From assembly GCA_951406725.2 (NCBI GenBank), contig OX597819.1:123876001-123940000 (forward strand): a stretch of DNA of 64,000 bases, written 5' to 3'. A program made the position numbers and the translations under genes. Below are positions 55,440 through 64,000 of the stretch, piece after piece. The DNA is from Octopus vulgaris. Taxonomy: Eukaryota. The first letter of the stretch is position 1, and the number at the start of each line of letters is the position of its first letter. The notes under the pieces were generated by a model, which was not told the DNA's origin, made no database searches, and saw nothing but the letters and a program-made list of their open reading frames with translations.

Positions 55440-56106
55440 TCTATATATATAAAACTCTAGTTGTGTGAGTAACTGGTAACAGTTTTAATTTTGAGGGATG
55501 CAATAAGAATTGTGGAGATGTACTTGCATAGCGAGTGACTTGACGTCTTCTTTGAAATAGTTATTCAGCGGTTCTCGTAAATCATTGATATTCGGTATAT
55601 ATAAAACTGTAGTTGTGTGAGTGTCTGTCCCCTTCGATTTAGATTCCTAACTACTCCCACATTTTGCGGTGCAGTTTAACCAAAACCGGGTATCTTATAG
55701 TCGTGATTCATATCGAGCCCGTCTGGCTATTAGCGCGCGTCTACGATGAGTCTACGATTTTAAAAATAATTTAACATCATTTTTTATTCCATTTTAATGC
55801 ATAAAATGCATTGTATGTCGATGGCGGCGGAGTTGGCGTCCATGGTCACACCTGCAGCTGTTTGATTCTCCCCCTTCTTCCCTCCCTCGTGAAGCTGTGG
55901 GGAAGGGAGTGTAAGGAAATCAACGTCGTAAAGCGTTGTCAAGGAGACCAGCGTTCTTTTAGAACAACGACTTCATGGCTTGAAGACACCAAAACAGAAA
56001 TGGCTAAGAAAGCCCGAATTGGCATCTATAAGAGAAGTAACTCTCTAAAAATGCTTATATAGTTATTTCCCTTACAAACCCGAGCAACGCCGGGCGATAC
56101 TGCTAG
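55440..56106 (+). mobile_element. Non-autonomous Helitron with duplicated 5' end and foreign insert
   Basis: A|TC start and CTAG|T end with hairpin; TATATATAAAACT.TAGTTGTGTGAGT occurs twice. Confidence 0.85.
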
Positions 56107-56493
56107 TTCGGTATATATGACTGATAGTAATTTGCGAGCTCCCAAAATTCTCGTAAAGGTGTAATGTTTGTCGGGGGAGGCACATATTTTATTACACTCG
56201 CCATTGACAGGTCTGGTCTGCGTCAAGTTACCTCGATAATCTGCACTATATATTTTATTCATCATTAAAAAATCACGCCTTTTCTCGCTGAGCTTAAAAT
56301 CATAATCTTTATTTTTTTCGAAAATCTTTTTAACATGCTCAGCAAGCTAAGCACAAGATTCGCTTTTTATGAGTTTGTCGTCAAGGTAAGCTATACTGAG
56401 ATCCGAACTTGCGAGCATAGTTTCCATAACTTGTTGGGAAATGTCTGGTGCTACATTTATACCAAAAGGCAGTCGATTAAGTTTATACAATCC

Positions 56494-56879
56494 GGATCTT
56501 TTCGGTTTGAACGGCAGTTTTTTAAAATAATTTCTAGGTAAGTAAAAAATTTTAAACTTCGTATACTGGTAGAATGTGTTTATAAAACATCTTTTTCTAT
56601 AGTTTGTAAGATATTTGTTGTTTTTTGCTTTAATTTCTGCAATTTCAACCAATCAATGACGTCTATTGAGGTGAAAACATTCTGTGCCGTATGAATATGT
56701 TCCTCGTTTAAGAAACAGATTGGGTTTATTTACATTTCTGAAGAAAAAAGATACCCTTTCCCCCACCCCTAGCCCTAAAACAGATTGAAATGCAATAGAT
56801 TGCTACTAGGGTCATAATTATGGGTGACAATTTCATATGACACCGCTAGAAAAAACTGCCGTTCAAACCGAAAAGATCC
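56494..56879. mobile_element. Second Merlin-like MITE, without TIR amplification
   Basis: Same TIRs and interior as 53455-54220; no TSD visible. Confidence 0.85.
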
Positions 56880-57477
56880 GTGCCATATCTTAAATTTATA
56901 ATTCTCTGGAATTTGACTGCAGTTAATGTTTCGTCCTTTTCTAATTTTGTTGGTATACGGGAACGTGTATCTGCATCTTTGCTTGCAGTTAGTTCTTAAA
57001 CAAAAATCAGACATTTGAACTTGTCTGGTTAGAACTTTTCATACTCTCTGTAAACACCCCCAGCGTTGTGGGTGACAAAGTCTTCATAATCTTTTTTAAT
57101 CAAATTTAATCACTGCCAACGAGTATTCAACAGGGAACTTCTTTCACTGAAAAATTTCGATAGTATATTAATTATTTCATTGAAACAAATCTCACCTGGT
57201 TTCTTCGGCAGAATATAATTATTATATTTTTCGTGTTCAGCAGGGGATAACTTTCTTAAAAGTAGACGCACTTTTGTCTCGTCAGACCAATTTCTAAATT
57301 CTTCTTTGAAGCTTTCTCCGTATCTTCGAATTGAGTTTCCTACACCGTTCGGAGTGAACGACCCTGAAGTATTTTCAGATTTCTTCAACATTAATTCCAG
57401 CAACTTTTGTTGTTGTTGTTGTTGTTGTTGTTGCTGTTGTTGTTGTTGTTGTTGTTGTTGTTGCTGTTGCTGTTGAG

Positions 57478-57831
57478 CGTAGCGGTCTTCGTCCTCTTGG
57501 GAGAAGTCCGAAACGTGGTCCTTTGCTATTCGTAAGACCCGTAGAAGAGAAAGCAGGTCAACCCCCGACACCGAGAGCATCGACGGATGGATGAATGCGC
57601 ATCCAGGCTCAGCGGTTGCGTAGGAAGTCGGGGATAAGAAACAGGAAAAAAAGAGTGAGAGAAAGTTGGGGCGAAAGAGTACATCAGGGGTCGCCACCAC
57701 CCCTGCCGGAGCGTCGTGGAGCTTTAAGTGTTTTCGCTCAATAAACACACACAACATCCGGTCTGGGAATCGAAACTGCGATCCTCCGACCGCGAGTCCG
57801 CTGCCCTAACCACTGGGCCATTGCGCCTCCA
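57478..57831 (-). mobile_element. SINE C head with a third tail type, inserted in the gag CAA/CAG tract
   Basis: Head matches family C; different 3' half; (CAA/CAG)n at its 3' end. Confidence 0.85.
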
Positions 57832-58113
57832 CTGTTGCTGGTGTTGCAACTGCACCACGCAGGCCAATAAGTGTTCAATTTTAACCATTTTTTCTTTGGT
57901 TCCGTACCAAAAACTTTTAACGTCTGATGCAAGCTTCGAATATCTCGTCGCTACTGTTATATCCTTGCGTTTGGATATATGATTTAATGAAAGGAGGTAA
58001 AACAATGTATTGACACGAGGTATTTCGGCTGGTGTCACGAGAGGCTTCACAACGCATTCTGTTCAACGTTAACGTTACTCTTTATAAGAGTCCGATGAGT
58101 CCAGATTAACATA

Positions 58114-58530
58114 CCTATTTCTTTACTACCCACAATGGGCTAGACATAGAGGGGACAAACAAGGACAGACATAGGTATTAAGTCGATTACATCGACCCCA
58201 GTGCGTAACTGGTACTTAATTTGTCGACCCCGAAAGGATGAAAGGCAAAGTCGACCTCGGCGGAATTTGAACTCAGAACATATAGACAGATGAAATACCT
58301 ATTTCTTTACTACCCACAAGGGGCTAAACACAGAAGGGACAAACAAGGACAGACATAGGTATTAAGTCGATTACATCGACCCCAGTGCGTAACTGGTACT
58401 TAATTTATCGACCGCGAAAGGAGGAAAGGCAAAGTCGACCTCGGCGGAATTTGAACTGACAACGTAAAGGCAGGCGAAATACCGCTAAGCATTTTGCCCA
58501 GTGTGCTAACGTTTCTGCCAGCTGACCGCC
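58114..58530 (-). mobile_element. SINE A dimer within the Gypsy LTR
   Basis: TSD ttaacatacc. Confidence 0.9.
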
Positions 58531-58774
58531 TTAACATACCACAGGGGTGTTACTGTCTTTCGGTACAACAGGTTCTGGGGCTGACAATGAAATCAGGTTC
58601 TCGGCTAGACCTGAGAAATATCGCATGCATTAATTTCAACAATTCATATTGTTAACGGCCTTGCTTCTTTCCAGTTAATCTGATATCTCACTGTTTAAAG
58701 TAGTCTTCAAAAGTAAATAGAAGCGCCTTCTCTTATAAAAGGACAAAATTTGATATCGTGCTGTTAAAAAATGG

Positions 58775-59102
58775 GAGACCCCCTTCGGTCATGAATGACC
58801 ATGTGATTGCACCTAGAAAGTTACCCTTTGAGGCACAAGTCTGGGCAAGGTGGTTTATGGAAGACCAGCAGTCGCCCATGCATACCAGCCTTCCCTCTCC
58901 ACCCCACCGATGTTATCCAAGGGAAAGGCAAAGGGGCCGATACAGCTTGGCACCAATGATGTCGCAACTAATTTCTACAGCTGAGTTAACTGGAGCAACG
59001 TGAAATAAAGTGTCTTGCTGAAGAACACAACGCGCAGCCCGGTCCGGGAATAGAACTCACAACCTCACGATCGTAAGCTCGACACTCTAACCACTGAGCC
59101 AT
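58775..59102 (-). mobile_element. SINE family E
   Basis: Matches 34390-34712. Confidence 0.85.
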
Positions 59103-59685
59103 ACCTGCAGAAAAAGGGTTTAGCCCCGAAAGGCATTCATGCTGACGCGGTTGCTGCATTAGAACCTGACGCTCCAGGTTTATTCACTGAGAAAAAGCTG
59201 ACATCTACATTTATAAGGGTGGGGGAGATCGTTGAAGATGATCCCAGGTCTGGACGCCCTACGACTGCAACCACCAATGATAACCTTAACCGCGTTCACC
59301 CCAAGCTGATGGATGACAAGCGATTGACTGTAAATCAACTAGCCAACGCTATTATCATTTCTTGTGAGACAGTTGAGAATATTCTGCACTGTGAACTTGA
59401 CATGACAGAGGTTTCTGCTCCGCGGGTGCCACATCTGACACCTTATCTAAAGCGCACCAGTCTATTCATATCAGGGAAAATGTGACATTGTCTGAGACAG
59501 ATCCGGCTAGTTTCCTTGAACGTTTCCTAACCTAGGACGAGCGTTGGGTTCATCATTTTTAGCTAAAGACAAAAAAGCGATCCATTCAATTGAAACACAC
59601 CTCACCTGCTCCCAAGAAGTCCAAAGTTGCTTCATCTGCAGGAAGGGTAACAGTTTTAATTTTGAGGGATGCAATAAGAATTGTG
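59103..59685 (+). mobile_element. Decayed mariner transposase, N-terminal half
   Basis: VEDDPRSGRPTT, ENILHCELDMTEVSAPRVPHLT, T*DERWVHH, KVASSAGRV. Confidence 0.88.
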
Positions 59686-59799
59686 GAGATGTACTTGCAT
59701 AGCGAGTGACTTGACGTCTTCTTTGAAATAGTTATTCAGCGGTTCTCGTAAATCATTGATATTCGGTATATATAAAACTGGTAACAGGAAGCGTAACTG

Positions 59800-60990
59800 G
59801 TCGGGCAAATGCCAAAAATCTTATGAAAAAAAATAGCATATAAACGTCGGAATTTTCATCGCATTTTGACCAGAATTTAGAAATATTAATGGCATCAAAC
59901 CTCACACTATTGTCTCCAAAGCCATAAATATTTCAATGGGAATATTCCAGGGATATAGCCTTTCTCAATTTTTTTCTTTTACTTGTTTCAGTCATTTCAC
60001 TGATGCCATGCTGGAGCACCATCTTCTTCATTTTGGCTACAAAACACAAAAGGCTACATGTTAGGCTCAGCAACTGTGAAAGATATTAATGTAACCCGTA
60101 ATTTCTTAGCGGATCTTCTCAGGATTTACACTAAAAAAGTTATCATTGCCAAAATACAACTGGAATGAAAAACCTTTTCACTTGACATAGGAATGGAATT
60201 TGGCCAGACGTAATGTTCTTATTTAATTGTTAAACGAGGGAAAATCAGTCTCCAAGACATAAAACCTGTGCAGCAATAGTTTCACTATCCCTCCTGTCCC
60301 ACACAAAGATTGTTACAAGTATCTTGGTATCCATGGAAATATATCATACCAATATATCAGACCGGGCGTTGTGAGTGTTTATTGAGCGAAAACACCTAAA
60401 GCTCCACGAGGCTCCGGCAGGGATGATGGTGATCCCTGCTGTACTCTTTCACCACAACTTTCTCTCACTCTTACTTCCTGTTTCTGTTGTACCTGTATTT
60501 CAAAGGGCCGGCCTTGTCACTCTCTGTGTCACGCTGAATATCCCCGAGAACTACGTTAAGGGTACACGTGTCTGTGGAGTGCTCAGCCACTTACACGTTA
60601 ATTTCACGAGCAGGCTGTTCCGTTGATCGGATCAACCGGAACCCCCATCGTCGTAATCGACGGAGTGCTTCCACACTCTGTCCCACACAAAGATTGTTAC
60701 ATGTATCTTGGTATCCAAGGAAACATATCATACCAAAGTACTGTGAATAAAGATAGAATGACCTAAGAATATTACACCAGACTAATACAAATATGGCAGT
60801 CGGAACTCTCCTCTTACAGGACAATGTTCCAAAAGGCTTTTGCAGTACCAATCCTGATTCCTGTATTTGAGATATTTGACTGGTTTGTAGAAGAAATCTA
60901 CTCCATAGACCTTAAAACCCGCAAGATTCTAACATCAGCTGGAAATCTCCACAGAAATAGTGATATCGACAGGCTCTACCTAAGAAGAGC
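59800..60990 (+). mobile_element. Decayed REL-clade LINE RT fragments, interrupted by a SINE C
   Basis: GIFQGYSLS, DIGMEFG, CYKYLG, KTRKILT..GNLHRNSDIDRLYLRR. Confidence 0.75.
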
Positions 60991-61341
60991 CCCATCTCCG
61001 AGAAGGACATGTATGGTTGTGCATGTCTTATTTCTTTGCCACGAGGCGCAGTTTCAGTTCCTCCATTACCACTTTCAGGCCCTTTCTTTCAATGATGGAA
61101 GCACTCCGTACTCTTTCACCACAACTTTCTCTCACTCTTACTTCCTGTTTCTGTTGTACCTGTATTTCAAGGGGCCGGCCTTGTCACTCTCTATGTCACG
61201 CTGAATATCCCCGAGAACTACGTTAAGGGTGCACGTGTCTGTGGAGTGCTCAGCCACTTACACGTTAATTTCACGAGCAGGCTGTTCCGTTGATTCGGAT
61301 CAACCGGAACCCTCGTCGTCGTAACCGACGGAGTGCTTCCA

Positions 61342-62018
61342 CCATCATTTAATCGTATTGTCTAAGTTACCACACAAAATCAGCCAAAGATGTCGAGTGT
61401 TTTTTGTTGATTTTATTGAAGCTGGTGCCATTGTTTCGATATCATTTCTTCAACGAACCAGCCGTTGCACCGATGTAACCGTACGGGCCTCGCGTTGTAT
61501 GTACGGTGCATTTATATACAAGGTAAGTACTCACTCAGAGGTTCATCAATCGGAATTTTACCTTTGTTCTCCGCATGAGCATTTGTTAGATTTTGTTGCA
61601 AGTGTGGATCTGCTGACCTCGTTTTCCAACCGTCTTGGTTATGTCACTCTTCTTGTGAGTATCACGATATGGCCGCAGCGGGTGATTTTCATTCGGTTTG
61701 GTATTGGTTTTCTTGACGATGTTGCCATTCTGTTCTATATATTTGCTATCCTTCCTTCTTTTGGAGCCAGATGTAGGTCATAAATATTCTAACTGAAATA
61801 TCCTTAACTAATCCCCGTATTATTGAGGGCGGATAGTTGGATACATTTTGATAAACCTAATGATAATATTAGGTTTAGTCGAGCAAATCGACCCCATGAC
61901 TTATTCTTTGTAAGCCTAGTACTTATTCTATCGCTAAGTTACGTAGACGTAAGCACACCACCATGGGTTGTCAAGCGATGTTGGGGGACAAACACAGACA
62001 CACAAACATATACACAAC

Positions 62019-62076
<58 letters not shown>

Positions 62077-63270
62077 ATACATATATACGACAGGCTTCTT
62101 TCAGTTTCCATCTACCAAATCCACTCACAAAGCTTTGGTCGGCCCTTGGCTATAGTAGAAGACACTTGTTCAAGGTTCCAAGCAGTGGGAATGAACTCGG
62201 AACCATGTGGTTTGTAAGCAAGCTACTTACAACACAGCCACTCCTGCGCCTAGTGTGAAGGAATCACACACTGTGAAGGAATCACAAACAAACTCCACCA
62301 ACTCAGAGAAACGCTTATATTAATAACAAAAAAAATTCATTAATAGCAAAAAATTAAACCAAGCGTTGAATAACCCACCCACGTGGCCCCTAGCCTTAGA
62401 CGGAGGACATAAATGCACGTAATGTTATTATTAGGTTTATGAAAATGTTCACACAACCCAGTATAAAGACTGAAAGCAACTCCAATGATGTTAACACTAC
62501 AGTAATTTTTCCATAGTGATGTTCACTCCGAAGTACTCAAATAGTGTAAACAATTATTTTTTATGCCTTTTTGGTTGTACTTTATTCATAAATAGAGCGT
62601 CATCCCTATATAGAACTCCACCGATTTTCGGAAACGAAGATAGGATTATGAAAAGGATACATTTTACGCTTAAATCCGTAACTTGTGCAGAGTCAGATTA
62701 TCCTATAGCTATGTCGAAGGCATTCTCTCTATCTGACCTATTTCAGAGTTTACTTTCAAAATCTACTAACGTGGCCTGCACTGCGATTTTAATGTCTCTT
62801 TTAAGTCGGGACATCTGAGTTTTTCATGCTATGAATCTTTATGGACGTTGATCGGCCTAATAGTAGCGACACAGTTATATACCCACAAATACGCGCACAC
62901 ACAGAGAGACACATACACACTCACGCACACACATGCACACACACACATATCCAAAGAATACAGACACACGTTTCTACTTGTATTGCCCCCATTCTATGAA
63001 TTAGAAAACAGTTACTAGTTTGATCATTTTCAATTACATTTGTTCTTTCAGATGGTTATGACACGACTACTTTTTTGCTTCTCGTTTTTGATAGCATTAA
63101 CAGCTGTTAAAGGAGCAAGTGACCAGGGTAAGTTTCCAATTAGATATAACACACTGATTAATTGATTCTTTGTAAATTGCCTGACCATCAATTCTTTCAT
63201 CGATTTAATCAGTCGGCCATTTGGTGCTTTTGTGTTACACCCATCGATATTTGATTTCCGTTGTAACAAA
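61342..63270 (-). mobile_element. Decayed Penelope-like element of a second lineage (Naiad-like motifs), interrupted by a SINE B at 61873-62251
   Basis: Minus-strand RT FDIAIG*SDSAQVTDL...VLYRDDAL at ~62600-62730; GIY-YIG YKCTVH...YIGATAGSLKK at ~61440-61520. Confidence 0.7.
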
Positions 63271-63319
63271 TTCATATGTACACATATTTGCATGTATGTA
63301 TACATATACATACATATAT

Positions 63320-63431
<112 letters not shown>

Positions 63432-63553
63432 TATTTGATAAATGGTTTGTTTACAATTGTTTCATCCATTTCAATTATAACCAATCTTGTCTTACTTTGC
63501 AAGTATGTCGACAACTATTAATATATTCCCGTAGACTGAGCTAGAGTTCCATC

Positions 63554-63599
<46 letters not shown>

Positions 63600-64000
63600 T
63601 TTTATTCTTTATGCTTTTAATCGTTTAGTAATTTTTACTGCGGCCATTTTGAAACACCGCCTTGGAGGGTTTTATTCGAAGAAATGTAGCCCAAGGCTAA
63701 GTCTTTGTAAGCCTGGTATTTACTTTATTATTTTCTTATGCCGAACCGCTAAGTTACGGGGACATCGACTCACCGGCATATATATATATATATGTACGAG
63801 CGGCTTCTTTCAGTTTCCGTTTACCAAATCCACTCACATATCTTTGGTCGGCCCGAAGCTCTGAATCCGGAACCATGTGGTTGGGAAGCAAGCTTCTTAC
63901 ACTACAAAGTCACGCTTGCGATATATATACATACATACATACATACATTATCCCCCCCCCCCGTTATCGAGTATGGCCATTGCACGAAGCTTAACTGTTA

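Larger units (their letters stand above)
55515..58570 (-). mobile_element. Decayed Gypsy-type LTR retrotransposon, heavily interrupted; 5' LTR ~57955-58570
   Basis: LTR end ATAACA followed by PBS-like TAGCGACGAG; gag WSDETKVRLLLRKLSPAEHEKY with poly-Q; RT RLPFGINVAP..QQVMETML..AYLDD and NYYQSYI. Confidence 0.85.

Noticed and set aside
57110-57757. Poly-glutamine host protein
   Set aside because: Chance fusion of SINE sequence, a CAA/CAG tract and a Gypsy gag remnant

Overview
Eukaryotic, AT-rich, repeat-dominated DNA. The SINE families and dense TA/CA/GATA microsatellites resemble an octopus (coleoid cephalopod) genome, which is an inference. Almost all of the supplied ORFs are microsatellite or SINE artefacts. 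Three things stand out. (1) A multi-exon + strand gene missed by the ORF track: coding exons 6334-6406, 16174-16311, 21040-21187 and 31704-31746, with canonical GT-AG sites and matching phases. It encodes a 133-aa secreted protein with a signal peptide, 10 mature cysteines and two copies of a C-x5/6-C-x6-W-x7-C-x4-C module. (2) Eight recognisable type I hammerhead ribozyme motifs plus one degenerate copy, tied to Penelope-like elements or their non-coding derivatives. Most have greatly enlarged stem II loops, and four lie in sense orientation inside introns of the gene. (3) A nearly intact Penelope-like RT/GIY-YIG ORF with one nonsense codon. The remainder is decayed mobile DNA: five tRNA-derived SINE families, R4/Dong-like, Tx1-like and CR1/L2-like LINEs, two Gypsy remnants, a solo LTR, Tc1/mariner, Chapaev3, Helitrons with locally templated inserts, Merlin-like MITEs and several long hairpins. 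All calls were made by eye with no database search, and element boundaries are approximate unless a TIR or TSD is quoted.
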